The notes: generated by a model from the letters alone, not told the origin. A stretch of DNA of 64,000 nucleotides from an uncultured bacterium (GCA_963980225.1 CAXBYW010000002.1:103582-167581), one strand, 5' to 3'. Shown: positions 28,568 through 38,122, counted from the first letter of the stretch. Translations and numbers: made by a program.

Positions 28568-29713
28568 CTATTCGACTATAATTGCGTCTTTTTTCAATAG
28601 AGCATTCCAATCGTTTATTTTCCCTTGACCCAACCCATCCTTCCTTAATAATAATTCATGAGCCTCAATCGAAACTACTTTAGCGTGTGGAGTATTTTTA
28701 CTAACCCATTGCTTCAATTTATCGAGATATATTTGCTCACAGTAAATTACATCTACAAGATCCAAAGGTATCTCAGGACCCAACCTGATTCCTTCCCCGG
28801 CCCAATTTATAAATGCAGTATCTGACTTTTCATCAATCTCCTTAAGGTGTTTTCTAGTTCTCTCCTCAGCAATACCAAATGCTAAAGGATACTCATTGAA
28901 CCACCTTGCGATAGCGTAACCAGTGTGTAATGAACGAGATACATGAACATCGCCAAGACCCTGTTTTCTCCCGCTTACGGAATGATTGTCATGACCAATA
29001 TATGTATTATATTCTCCGGTCTTTACTTCTTCTTCTCTCTTGATTGCCTCCCGAGCACTCAAGATTGCCTTTTGCTTAGAGATACCATCAAGTGTCGCAG
29101 AGCCAGTTGTGTGATATAGGCCGGGCTTCATATAGCCAGACTCTTTTAAGTCGATAATTTCTTTCAACAAACCCAGCTCAATATATTCCACTCCAGACCA
29201 ACGCTTATGCTCCAGTGGTACCCAAGCACCTTCATGTTTGTAAATACCCATTTCATAAAACCCCTTCATTCTATGTCCTTCGGGCCATGCCTTCATTATT
29301 CTTTTTGGATGTACGACAATTTGGATGAACCTATCCACCCTTTGCATAAAATTACCAAGTGTCTTTCTGTCAACTCCTTTGGCAAATACTGAAATAAAGG
29401 ACTCAAAGTCCTTCAGTTGAGCCGAAAGCTCGTAAAACTCTGAAGACGCGTCAACATTCTTTGTGGCTTCGTAACATTGATAAACAAAGTCAATCTGAGA
29501 GTTAAGTTCATCATCGATTATGGACGCATTTTCTTTACAGTGCGCAAAGATTCCCTTAAGTTTGTCCGAAAGTAGGTCGGGTAATTCTTCCGGAGTAACT
29601 CCCTCTGTTTTGCATATATCGTCTGCCGAAGGAGCCTTTATTTTCCTCAAACTACTAATCAATAGGTCTCGTTCACTATTTGGTTGTATGTATCTATTTT
29701 CAAAATCACTCAC
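28568..29713 (-). CDS. hypothetical protein (cassette gene)
   Basis: 381-aa ORF bounded by R repeats; no confident domain. Confidence 0.55.
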   Translation of the reverse strand: MSDFENRYIQPNSERDLLISSLRKIKAPSADDICKTEGVTPEELPDLLSDKLKGIFAHCKENASIIDDELNSQIDFVYQCYEATKNVDASSEFYELSAQLKDFESFISVFAKGVDRKTLGNFMQRVDRFIQIVVHPKRIMKAWPEGHRMKGFYEMGIYKHEGAWVPLEHKRWSGVEYIELGLLKEIIDLKESGYMKPGLYHTTGSATLDGISKQKAILSAREAIKREEEVKTGEYNTYIGHDNHSVSGRKQGLGDVHVSRSLHTGYAIARWFNEYPLAFGIAEERTRKHLKEIDEKSDTAFINWAGEGIRLGPEIPLDLVDVIYCEQIYLDKLKQWVSKNTPHAKVVSIEAHELLLRKDGLGQGKINDWNALLKKDAIIVE

Positions 29714-29785
29714 AGTCTCAATTATATACGCAATTCTTCAACCCCTCAATATTTTCTTGTAAAGTGTAATTAATAGCATCTCTTA

Positions 29786-29835
29786 TACATATTCAGACCA
29801 CTCCTCTGTCATGGAAAAAGTTGAGTGTTTGAATT
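29786..29835 (+). repeat. intergenic repeat family 2, copy b
   Basis: catattcagaccactcctctgtcatggaaaaagttgag. Confidence 0.5.
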
Positions 29836-29877
29836 CCATCAGCGCCTGTAGCTGTTCTTGAAGCTCGTCAACAGTAA

Positions 29878-29935
29878 GTGTTTCTGCAAGTAGTTAGCTT
29901 GGTAATTAGTTCGAACATCGTTGCATAAGGGACCC
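29878..29935 (+). repeat. repeat R copy 2
   Basis: gtgtttctgcaagtagttagcttggtaattagttcgaacatcgttgcataagggaccc. Confidence 0.7.
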
Positions 29936-30049
29936 TAGAGTCCTATAGTTTGACTTTTACTGATATATTTGGTAAAATATAATCCTGGTTTAAACACTCG
30001 TAGTAGTACATTTACAGCTTAAATATATAGATCCTAGGAGGACCTACCC

Positions 30050-30535
30050 ATGACAACGATTAGTTTAGTTGGTCTAGACAAAGCAGCTGTACTTGCTGCG
30101 TTATACAATGTTGCCAAACCGCAAGGTATGGGCTTCATGCATTATGATCCTGCTCCAATGACTTATGATCAGGCGAAAGCCATATTGGAGGGAGGACAAA
30201 CCGATTTTGATTATCTTAAAGGAAGAGTTATGAAAATAAATCTTTCTGGTGATGATCTCGATGTCTGGGGGTTTGATCGTAATAATGGAGAAGGTGTAGC
30301 GAAAGCTGCTATTGACTCCATTGAAGAAACTTCCAATGTAAATAACTCCCTAATTCAGAAGATACACTCTGATAATACTTTTTTATCTGCAGTTGATACT
30401 GAAAGCCATCTTGGCGACAAGTCAACCGTCTCTGAAGAAGGTGACTTTGTGCATATGGAATTAGGTCTTGATGATGTCAAAGATGTTTTAGGCCCAAAAG
30501 TCAGGGATGCTAAAGAACATCAAAGTTCAAAATAA
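30050..30535 (+). CDS. hypothetical protein (cassette gene)
   Basis: 161-aa ORF, own terminator. Confidence 0.5.
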   Translation: MTTISLVGLDKAAVLAALYNVAKPQGMGFMHYDPAPMTYDQAKAILEGGQTDFDYLKGRVMKINLSGDDLDVWGFDRNNGEGVAKAAIDSIEETSNVNNSLIQKIHSDNTFLSAVDTESHLGDKSTVSEEGDFVHMELGLDDVKDVLGPKVRDAKEHQSSK

Positions 30536-30555
30536 CTATATTTAAAATGCTGTAC

Positions 30556-30588
30556 CCACTGATCCCATAAGAACTCAGTGGTTTTTTT
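30556..30588 (+). terminator. rho-independent terminator
   Basis: ccactga...tcagtgg stem followed by ttttttt. Confidence 0.6.
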
Positions 30589-30647
30589 ATTGTCTAAGTA
30601 GTTAAATAAAAATTTCGAACGTCGTTTCGTATACCTCGTAACTGTAG

Positions 30648-30706
30648 GTGTCTCTGTCTATATTTAGCCTCGTAATTAGTCCGAACATCATTGCATAAGG
30701 GACTCT
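30648..30706 (+). repeat. repeat R copy 3
   Basis: gtgtctctgtctatatttagcctcgtaattagtccgaacatcattgcataagggactc. Confidence 0.7.
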
Positions 30707-30781
30707 CGATTTGAAAAATACCTGTATGTAAGTTTTATTATGCTTTACTGTGTGAATGTTTTAAGATCTTTCTTTCAAAGA

Positions 30782-31093
30782 TTAATAGGACTCCACTACA
30801 CTTTTGCTTTCTGTGCACTCGAAACAGAAAAAAACGTAAATCATTCCTACATCACCAAACATATATTCTTGCTTATCTGAATCATTTTCGAATGAGTCAA
30901 TTTGAGCAATAAAGCTCATTTCCTTTTTACATGATGGACAGCTTTCATTATTGTCAGAACCTCCTTGTGTTTGTATCCAATCTGGTTTGCCACCAAGCTT
31001 AGTTTTTTGTCCTAACTTCTTTGAATCTGAGTCGATTGCAGAGTCTTCTGCTTTTTCAAGTGTAACTTTGTACTGTTGAAGTGTTTTAACCAT
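30782..31093 (-). CDS. zinc-ribbon protein (cassette gene)
   Basis: CPSCKK...CFECTE tetracysteine, 103 aa. Confidence 0.5.
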   Translation of the reverse strand: MVKTLQQYKVTLEKAEDSAIDSDSKKLGQKTKLGGKPDWIQTQGGSDNNESCPSCKKEMSFIAQIDSFENDSDKQEYMFGDVGMIYVFFCFECTESKSVVESY

Positions 31094-31181
31094 ATGTTAA
31101 ATTATATCAAGTATTAAATAAAAAGTTCGGATTAAACTAGAAAATTAGCATAATTTTGCTTAAAATGCTTTAATTCGATAT

Positions 31182-31236
31182 GTTTCCCGATATATTGAGC
31201 ATGGTAATTAGTCCGAACATCATTGCATAAGGGCCC
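31182..31236 (+). repeat. repeat R copy 4
   Basis: gtttcccgatatattgagcatggtaattagtccgaacatcattgcataagggccc. Confidence 0.7.
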
Positions 31237-31314
31237 ACTTACTTGATATAGTTTGGTATATCAGCATATTCTCTCTATTTATTTTCTGGTTTTCGTTCAG
31301 TGTAGAATATTGGT

Positions 31315-32103
31315 ATGGAAGAGTCTACTCTCGAGCCTTTAACAAAAACTAGATTGACCTCTTTAAGGGGAAAGTGGTCTAAGCCTGATAGGGATAAAGG
31401 ACGCACTTGGGAATTTGATGGCGTGCCTTATTCTCCAGAACATTTCATGAGCTATAACCATGAAATGAGAGAGGGATTGAGTGATTATGACTGTAAAACT
31501 TTTGATGAATTGGTGACTATTTTAGAGAAAAAATTAGGTAGAAAGCCAGATGTTATTGATTTAATGGGAGGGGCGTATTTTTTAAGTGAACCAGGGAATG
31601 TAAATACATTAGTGGCTATAAGAGTGCATGATAAGGACAAGGAGTTTATTGAAGTCGCTAATGAAAAAGATGGTAAGGAGTCTCGTTTGATTAAGAAGGT
31701 TACAGGTGCATCTAATAGGCGTGTTATTGATGCGGATGTGTTGACAACCAAAGGCTGGAAAGATATCGAGAAGGCTGGCTTGCCAAAGGCTGACTTGTTG
31801 GTATGTCGTCCAGTTGGACCGTTTGACGTTAAACATGCTATGGATAGTAGGTGGGATGAACCAGGGGCATATGTAGGATTGTATGCTTCGTTGTTTGGGC
31901 GTATGTTAAGGTTGGTAAATAAAAAAGATGGGGTGATTTTTACTGAAGTTCCAGACATTTATACCGAAAAAGAGGTTAAGAAATTCTTTGTAGGAGTTGA
32001 TGAAAAAGAGGGTTCACAGACTGAGGTGTTCACTGTGCCTGATAAGGATTATCATTGGGGTGGAAGAAAAAGAAGATATGCAGTTATTGAATTTACTAAA
32101 TAG
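31315..32103 (+). CDS. hypothetical protein, possible Rossmann-like fold
   Basis: 262-aa ORF; VIDLMGG weakly resembles SAM-methyltransferase motif I. Confidence 0.45.
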   Translation: MEESTLEPLTKTRLTSLRGKWSKPDRDKGRTWEFDGVPYSPEHFMSYNHEMREGLSDYDCKTFDELVTILEKKLGRKPDVIDLMGGAYFLSEPGNVNTLVAIRVHDKDKEFIEVANEKDGKESRLIKKVTGASNRRVIDADVLTTKGWKDIEKAGLPKADLLVCRPVGPFDVKHAMDSRWDEPGAYVGLYASLFGRMLRLVNKKDGVIFTEVPDIYTEKEVKKFFVGVDEKEGSQTEVFTVPDKDYHWGGRKRRYAVIEFTK

Positions 32104-33775
32104 TTAGAAACTGATATTCTGGTTGTCGGTTGAACTGATAAATAAAGATTTTCATCTCGTCTAGCGAATAATCAAATTCAGTCTTTTGGTTGCGGAATGT
32201 GTCCAGTAATCCACCCATTACCGACAAAGTTTTTGAGTTCATGCCTGAGCTGGGCACGACTTGAGAGTTCGGACCGAGCCTCTTTATGTTAGAGAATAAT
32301 TTATCTGGCTTTATGTGTAGTTTTCTGTCTTCATGGATAATATCTGCTCCTACAATAGACAGGAGCGTTCGTTTGGTATCAATGTCCCCTGTTTTCCATA
32401 GAGTTTGAGCGTTACAAGAGAAGTTGAATACGTCAATCAGGTAATCAGTCCATTTGTCATGAGCTTTATCTTCCTTCTTTAGCTGGTTGGCTAGTTTAAC
32501 TTTACCTATTACATACTTCTGCTTAAGCTGCCTGTATTCATCATTAGTTAAGAAACTCCTATCTTCGTTCATGGGAGAAAGCCATTGCTCAGTAAGGTTA
32601 TCTATTGTCTTTGTAATTCGCTCATGTTCTCTTTTAATTGATTCTCTTGTCTTGTCTCGGACTGTCTTATCCTGTTCTTCCATCTTTCTAACCCATTTAG
32701 TTGCAAACTTAACAAAGCTTTTTTTCAGTTTTATTTGACCGAGAAAGTTGGTTACTTGCTCTTCTAATTTGGGAGATGAAATCATGGGTTGACTGCATCC
32801 TTTATTACCATGCTTGGTGCACCTGTAATAGGAATATGTCTTTCCAGACTTTTTAGTGTGTGTTTCTCCCGATAGTTGATAACCGCATTTACATTTAATG
32901 AATCCTGTTAAAGGGAAGTCGTGAGATTTACCTCTGGGTTTAGACTTTATTGCTAACTTTTCTTGCACTAGATTAAACTCATCATCGGTTACCATTACCT
33001 TATGGATACCCTGATGGAGAGTCCTTGAATACAAGAACCGACCAGTATAAAAAGGGTTTCTTAGGATCTTGTACATCTGAGTTCGAGAGACTAGTTTGTC
33101 TCTGGAGTTTCGGATTCCCATTTCTTGTGCTTTCTTGGCTAGGGCATCTGTTGAGAAGTTCCCTGTCATTGCTAGTTCGAAGATTTTTCTGATAAGGTCG
33201 AATGAAATTGGATCAGGTGAAATAGTTTTCTCTCCCTGTGTCATATGTTTATCGTTTACATAGCCTACTGGAGCAAGTACAGGAGCCAAGCCCTTATCCA
33301 CCTTTGCTTGTAGGCCTCTCTTGGTGTCCTCTCTAAGGTCTCTGATGAAGCGTTGAGCCTGACTACCTTCAACCGCCAGGATGAAGTCGCTGTCGTCTGC
33401 TGTGTATGTCTTGGTGGGAGTAACAATCTCTTTGATTGTGCCATCATAGAGGAGTTGTCTAATCATTCCTTCGTCTTGGGGATTTCTGAATAGTCTGTTT
33501 GGCTTCCAACAAACAATACCTTTAATATCTTTTTCGTTTAAGGTATGAACCATGTTGTTAAATTCTGGACGACCAGGTTTTTTTGCTGATTTACTCTCAG
33601 TGAATGTATCTGATATCGTGAGATCTTTTGATTGGATAATATCTTTTAGTGCAGCTAGTTGGCTTTCAACGGAAGCAACCTGTCTATCTTCACTCTCGGT
33701 AGATTTCCTAACGTATATAACGTAATCCTGACTTTGCGCTTTCATCTTCTCTGGCTTATATTTACTTAACTTCAT
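32096..33775 (-). CDS. large serine recombinase (resolvase/invertase catalytic domain plus zinc-ribbon and coiled-coil C-terminus)
   Basis: N-terminal YVRKSTESEDRQ..SVESQ catalytic Ser region, C..C zinc ribbon, 559 aa. Confidence 0.85.
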   Translation of the reverse strand: MKLSKYKPEKMKAQSQDYVIYVRKSTESEDRQVASVESQLAALKDIIQSKDLTISDTFTESKSAKKPGRPEFNNMVHTLNEKDIKGIVCWKPNRLFRNPQDEGMIRQLLYDGTIKEIVTPTKTYTADDSDFILAVEGSQAQRFIRDLREDTKRGLQAKVDKGLAPVLAPVGYVNDKHMTQGEKTISPDPISFDLIRKIFELAMTGNFSTDALAKKAQEMGIRNSRDKLVSRTQMYKILRNPFYTGRFLYSRTLHQGIHKVMVTDDEFNLVQEKLAIKSKPRGKSHDFPLTGFIKCKCGYQLSGETHTKKSGKTYSYYRCTKHGNKGCSQPMISSPKLEEQVTNFLGQIKLKKSFVKFATKWVRKMEEQDKTVRDKTRESIKREHERITKTIDNLTEQWLSPMNEDRSFLTNDEYRQLKQKYVIGKVKLANQLKKEDKAHDKWTDYLIDVFNFSCNAQTLWKTGDIDTKRTLLSIVGADIIHEDRKLHIKPDKLFSNIKRLGPNSQVVPSSGMNSKTLSVMGGLLDTFRNQKTEFDYSLDEMKIFIYQFNRQPEYQFLTI

Positions 33776-33975
33776 GATATCTTATTTGGATTAATTGTTG
33801 GTGGTGGAATTTTCTTAAACTCTTTGAATAACAAGATTAATCCATTGGCTTTTTGAGTTGCATCTTCTGTATTTAGGATTTCTCCATATTCCCTGCGGTA
33901 GATTTTGATAAATTCAGTGATAGCATTTTTTGGTAGCATTTTATTTTTTTGTAAATACATCCACTGCATCCTCAT
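33772..33975 (-). CDS. small hypothetical protein upstream of recombinase
   Basis: 67 aa, overlaps recombinase start by 4 nt. Confidence 0.35.
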   Translation of the reverse strand: MRMQWMYLQKNKMLPKNAITEFIKIYRREYGEILNTEDATQKANGLILLFKEFKKIPPPTINPNKIS

Positions 33976-35239
33976 AGGTTTTGTAATTCAAGCTTGTTTG
34001 TTCGGGAGAATCTAACTCCTTTTCCTTGTAAATTTCTGTTTCCGAATTGAAATCTAATCTAATTAAGTTGCTTCCTTTGGCCTCTGCTGAATCTCTGTCT
34101 GAATCAATGATGATTGCCACCTTGCTATTGAGATGTGATTGATCAAATTTTTGCAAGGGACGCCAAAAAAGAATTACTTTGTCGAATTGAGAACTGAATC
34201 CTCCACCACCATAAATGTCTTTAGTTGATGGGCGCAACATGATGACAGCTGGCCGATCAAACATCTCTTCTTCTCTGCCAGTAGCAATTAACTCGTTTAA
34301 ACCCTCTGCTTTTTCATTCCATGCAACATTAGAAGGGATGGTGTGCGCAACTACGATTACGGCTGACTCTAGAGTCTTAGTGAGGCTAACCATCTGCTGA
34401 CCGACCTTAGCTGCTGTCTTCCAGTTGCCTTGGTTTTTGAATACTGTAATATTGTCCACAATAATGACCTTGCAACCTTCCTCAGACTGATTTTTAATGC
34501 TCCCTAATACTTTTTCAGCATCTACTAATCCATCAGTCATGAGTTCTCCTGAGTCTGTCCCTGCATAAACCATGTTTTTAATGATCTTGGATCTAAGCTC
34601 TCTAGCAACTTCAAGTTTGTCCCTAGTAACTCCATTCATTTTGGCTAGTTTCCTGGCTATTTGTTTAAGAGTGAGTTCGGTCGAGGTGATTTTTTTAGCC
34701 TGGTCATTTTTTTTGGGATCACTATCGTAAACACCGTCAACAGTACTCGCTTTAAGAATTAAATCACAAGCTAGTTCGCTGGCAAATTGGGCTACTGCAG
34801 AGTCAGTAGAAAAACCAGGCTTACCTAATCCACCCGCCAAGATTACTAGACGGTCTTCATCAAGGTGATGTTTTGCCTTTAGTCTGATATATGGCTCGGC
34901 TAGTTCTGGTATGTGAATCGTGGTCATTAACCTGGTGTCTTTAGCCCCGTTTCTTATAAAAGCCTCCCTTAAGGCAATGCCGTTAATTATTGTAGCCATC
35001 ATTCCCATAGAATCGGCCTCGTTTGAGTCAACGTATTCAGATTTTTCTCTACCACGAAAGATATTACCCCCACCAACCACCATCGCTAGTTGTATGCCTG
35101 TGTTCTTTACGATCTCAATTATTTGTTTGGCTACTGCATCATAACGAGAGAAGCTAATATCATCTTCCTTATTGGAAAATAGTTCTCCGCTAACTTTGAC
35201 AATGTATCTACTTGAATTCCTTTCTGTTTCCGGCATCAA
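33941..35239 (-). CDS. fusion protein: UMP-kinase (PyrH, amino-acid-kinase fold) N-terminal domain plus degenerate DnaB-C/RecA-like C-terminal domain
   Basis: IVKVSGELF, VVGGGNIFRG, MGMMATIINGIAL, ILAGGLGKPGFSTDSAVAQFASE match PyrH; C-terminal half VIIVDNITVF...VVAHT...GREEEMFDRPAVIMLRP matches DnaB C-terminal Walker B/H4 but has no P-loop lysine. Confidence 0.7.
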   Translation of the reverse strand: MMPETERNSSRYIVKVSGELFSNKEDDISFSRYDAVAKQIIEIVKNTGIQLAMVVGGGNIFRGREKSEYVDSNEADSMGMMATIINGIALREAFIRNGAKDTRLMTTIHIPELAEPYIRLKAKHHLDEDRLVILAGGLGKPGFSTDSAVAQFASELACDLILKASTVDGVYDSDPKKNDQAKKITSTELTLKQIARKLAKMNGVTRDKLEVARELRSKIIKNMVYAGTDSGELMTDGLVDAEKVLGSIKNQSEEGCKVIIVDNITVFKNQGNWKTAAKVGQQMVSLTKTLESAVIVVAHTIPSNVAWNEKAEGLNELIATGREEEMFDRPAVIMLRPSTKDIYGGGGFSSQFDKVILFWRPLQKFDQSHLNSKVAIIIDSDRDSAEAKGSNLIRLDFNSETEIYKEKELDSPEQTSLNYKTYEDAVDVFTKK

Positions 35240-35333
35240 GGACAGAGTATATCAAATATGTTTGGGTTTACTACCTAGATATTTTTATATAGCGTGAGTT
35301 TAGTAGTATAAGAGTGTAAAATATACCGAGATT

Positions 35334-35407
35334 GGGTCTGTAGCTCAGCTGGTTAGAGCGTCTGCCTCTTAAGCAGAATGTCGTGGGTTCGAGTCCCACC
35401 AGACCCA
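35334..35407 (+). tRNA. tRNA-Lys (CTT)
   Basis: gggtctgtagctcagctggttagagc, anticodon loop ctCTTaa. Confidence 0.85.
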
Positions 35408-37140
35408 CACACGCGCCCGTAGCTCAGTGGATTAGAGCATTTCGCTTCGGACGAAAGGGTCGGGGGTTCGAGTCCCTCCGGGCGCACCATATCTACTTTC
35501 TTTCCGATCTTGATCTCTTTTAGACTGAAGATGCCGTCTAAATTAGGTGTTCCAGAAACTAAGTTTTCATAAGTCGGTATTTCTTCGAATAATAGACCGA
35601 AAAGAACCCCTTTTTGTTGTGGATCAGGCTCGTTTCTTATCAATTTATCTGGGTGTTCCATAAAATAAATATAAAGGTTAATAGTTTCTTCGATATCTAC
35701 CTGCTCGTCTTCTCTTTTATCTCTTTGTTGCTTTGCTTGTGCAATATTAAGTTCTATCTTATTGATTTCATCCTCTACTTTTTTCATCATAATCTTACCA
35801 GTTACAATTGGTACTTTGTCTAGCCAAGCTTGCTGTTCTCCTTGAAGTCTAATTACGTTTTTTCCGTAGTCTATTGCTTCCTGTTGAGCTTCTTTTTGTT
35901 TTTTCTTCCATGTGTCTAATACAACACCTTTAAATAATCTTAAAAAATCTTTATCAAATTTAACTGATTCAAGGAATGAATAAATTTGATCGTGAAGTTT
36001 CTGTCTAGGGACACCCCAATATTTATGGTTTCTATCACAATGGTATGTTGGAAACTTTTTGCCTGATTTGCCCTTGGGGCTACTTGCCAATAAAGGTTTG
36101 TTGCATAGTTCACATCTTACGTGATTTTTAAATGGAAATAGAGGGTTGTGTCGACTTCTTACTTGTTCTTTGACATTGAGCTTTACTTCTAAGTGGTTAT
36201 TAGGAAGCTCCAGAATGACGACCTTGCCCCTATTAGCTCTGTTAAAGGTATCAATAGACACCAATCCTTTATATTGGGTTCTAACAGGTTTAGGTTTTGT
36301 CCAAGTCTCGTGAATGACCCCAGCGTATTCAGTTTGCTGTATGAATCTTTGTAGCTGCTTAACCCCTAACGGTTTGCCTATTATTTTTCCTATTGGTGTC
36401 TTTTTGCCAGTAGATGATTCACCCCATCTCACTCTGTCCCTGTTTTTAAAACCTAAACGATTGATTCTTTTAACGATCTGTTTGTCATTTAAGGTTGTAT
36501 TTACCCTTAAGTTAAACATTTTTTTAATCCACTTAACTTCTTCTGGATGAGGAGTGCGAACAACTCTAATACCATCAACCTTAGTTGCTATTTTTTCGTT
36601 TACAAAACCAAAAGGTGCGTTCCTGACTGCATAACCCTTTTGGCGATAACTAATTTCAGCCCCAATCATTCTTGTTAGGATGTCTGACACTTCTCGTTCC
36701 GCTCTGTTGGCTTCCATCAGCTCAGCTTGTTCAGAAGGATTTATGACACTCCATGAGTACTTAAGTCCTAGATGATCAAGAGTATTTATTTCTTCACCAA
36801 TCACCTGATAAGTGTCGATCAATTTAACTCCATATTTTCTAATTTGCTTTTTTAGTTCTTTGTATCCAATAATTCCGTGTCTGCTGAAACGATCTATGCT
36901 CTTGATAATTAAGAAGTCTATATTTGAATGCGACTTAAGGTATTCACAAATGTCGTCTATATAACTCACTCCGACTTTTGTTGAACTGTGTACATATTCA
37001 AATGTTTCTATTATGTTCCAATTCTGCCTCTGAGCAAATCTTTCACATTGTATTTTTTGATCTCCAAGCGTTTCTCCTTGCTGAAATTGTCTGTCTGTTG
37101 AGATCCTAACTAGAATGATGGCGTTTTTCTGGTCATTCAT
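35353..37140 (-). CDS. large serine recombinase; ORF 3' end runs through tRNA-Arg/tRNA-Lys, true stop uncertain
   Basis: N-terminal ILVRISTDRQ catalytic region, C..C zinc ribbon; last ~45 codons are antisense of the tRNA genes. Confidence 0.8.
   Translation of the reverse strand: MNDQKNAIILVRISTDRQFQQGETLGDQKIQCERFAQRQNWNIIETFEYVHSSTKVGVSYIDDICEYLKSHSNIDFLIIKSIDRFSRHGIIGYKELKKQIRKYGVKLIDTYQVIGEEINTLDHLGLKYSWSVINPSEQAELMEANRAEREVSDILTRMIGAEISYRQKGYAVRNAPFGFVNEKIATKVDGIRVVRTPHPEEVKWIKKMFNLRVNTTLNDKQIVKRINRLGFKNRDRVRWGESSTGKKTPIGKIIGKPLGVKQLQRFIQQTEYAGVIHETWTKPKPVRTQYKGLVSIDTFNRANRGKVVILELPNNHLEVKLNVKEQVRSRHNPLFPFKNHVRCELCNKPLLASSPKGKSGKKFPTYHCDRNHKYWGVPRQKLHDQIYSFLESVKFDKDFLRLFKGVVLDTWKKKQKEAQQEAIDYGKNVIRLQGEQQAWLDKVPIVTGKIMMKKVEDEINKIELNIAQAKQQRDKREDEQVDIEETINLYIYFMEHPDKLIRNEPDPQQKGVLFGLLFEEIPTYENLVSGTPNLDGIFSLKEIKIGKKVDMVRPEGLEPPTLSSEAKCSNPLSYGRVCGSGGTRTHDILLKRQTL
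35413..35489 (+). tRNA. tRNA-Arg (TCG)
   Basis: gcgcccgtagctcagtggattagagc, anticodon loop ctTCGga, encoded CCA. Confidence 0.85.
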
Positions 37141-37290
37141 ACCTTAAGTTTATCTTAGTACTGGCGCCAATAGGATGTCTGCTTAATAAAATAACAGCAA
37201 AACTTTGCATCTTATCAATAATCCGCAGTATTTCCTTGTCCTTCATTTTGATAGCCTTGTTTCCTAGTAGTTTTCGGGCTTTTTTAATTG

Positions 37291-37617
37291 TCATGGGTAA
37301 GATGTGCCCTTACCATTACCAAACCGCTCTTGACGCTCTCTGTCCGCCTTGTTCCATACGTCTTTTAGTTGTTCTATGTCTTCTCTTACTTGTTTTCTAG
37401 CACTACCAACTACTCTCGATATCTCACCAGTAGTTTTAAGGGAAGATTTATCAATAATCTTATGACTTAACCTCAAGTCGAACAACTCGTCACATAGTTG
37501 ATCTAAGCTGTGAAAATAGCGTCTATTATTCTTGTTTCCTATTTCCAAAACCCAATTAAGTTTTTCAGCATAAATTTTTATTTTTTCTGGTAGTTCTAGT
37601 ATGAGTTTTAGTTTCAT
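37291..37617 (-). CDS. hypothetical protein
   Basis: 108-aa ORF. Confidence 0.4.
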   Translation of the reverse strand: MKLKLILELPEKIKIYAEKLNWVLEIGNKNNRRYFHSLDQLCDELFDLRLSHKIIDKSSLKTTGEISRVVGSARKQVREDIEQLKDVWNKADRERQERFGNGKGTSYP

Positions 37618-37624
37618 ATATATA

Positions 37625-37672
37625 AAAAAACGACTGACAAAGAAAACGATAATGTTTCCTAATTCAGTCGTC
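37625..37672 (-). terminator. rho-independent terminator for the 37754-38086 gene
   Basis: minus-strand hairpin gacgactga...tcagtcgt then T-run. Confidence 0.5.
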
Positions 37673-37753
37673 TTTCGATCGAATGCTACCCCAATTACTC
37701 TAAAACTTTTATATAGCTTGTTTTACACCTGTCAACAGGAGGGTATCAGCTTA

Positions 37754-38086
37754 TCAGTCTTTTAAAATGTCTTTAATTTCTAATTTAAATTTGTCCCAGT
37801 CACTAAGTTTAGGATTGGTTTTCCATCTAAGGCCTTCAGAAGTTTTTCCACGCGATTTGATTAACGGTTCTCCATCGATTTTTATTTTAGAGAGTGATGA
37901 TAATAGAGAGCCTGTTTTTCTCCCATCTTTTTTTAGGTGTTTTGCAATTTGGAATGAGGTGATAGTAGCCCCGCTATTTATAGCGCTAATGTAATCCATG
38001 ACCTCAAGGTGTTCTAGGCTCATTGTCGATAGCCGTCTCATCACCTTCTCACTTCTTTGTCTATTTGTACTATCCATACTATTCAT
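37754..38086 (-). CDS. putative winged-helix DNA-binding protein
   Basis: 110 aa, helix-turn-helix-like ATITSFQIAKHL. Confidence 0.4.
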   Translation of the reverse strand: MNSMDSTNRQRSEKVMRRLSTMSLEHLEVMDYISAINSGATITSFQIAKHLKKDGRKTGSLLSSLSKIKIDGEPLIKSRGKTSEGLRWKTNPKLSDWDKFKLEIKDILKD

Positions 38087-38122
38087 TCTATCATAACTAT
38101 CCCTGCTTTGATAGATAGTATC

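Noticed and set aside
27459-31240. Could the regularly spaced R repeats be a CRISPR array?
   Set aside because: Repeats are ~60 nt and separated by 0.5-1.4 kb protein-coding cassettes, not 25-40-nt spacers. No cas genes.
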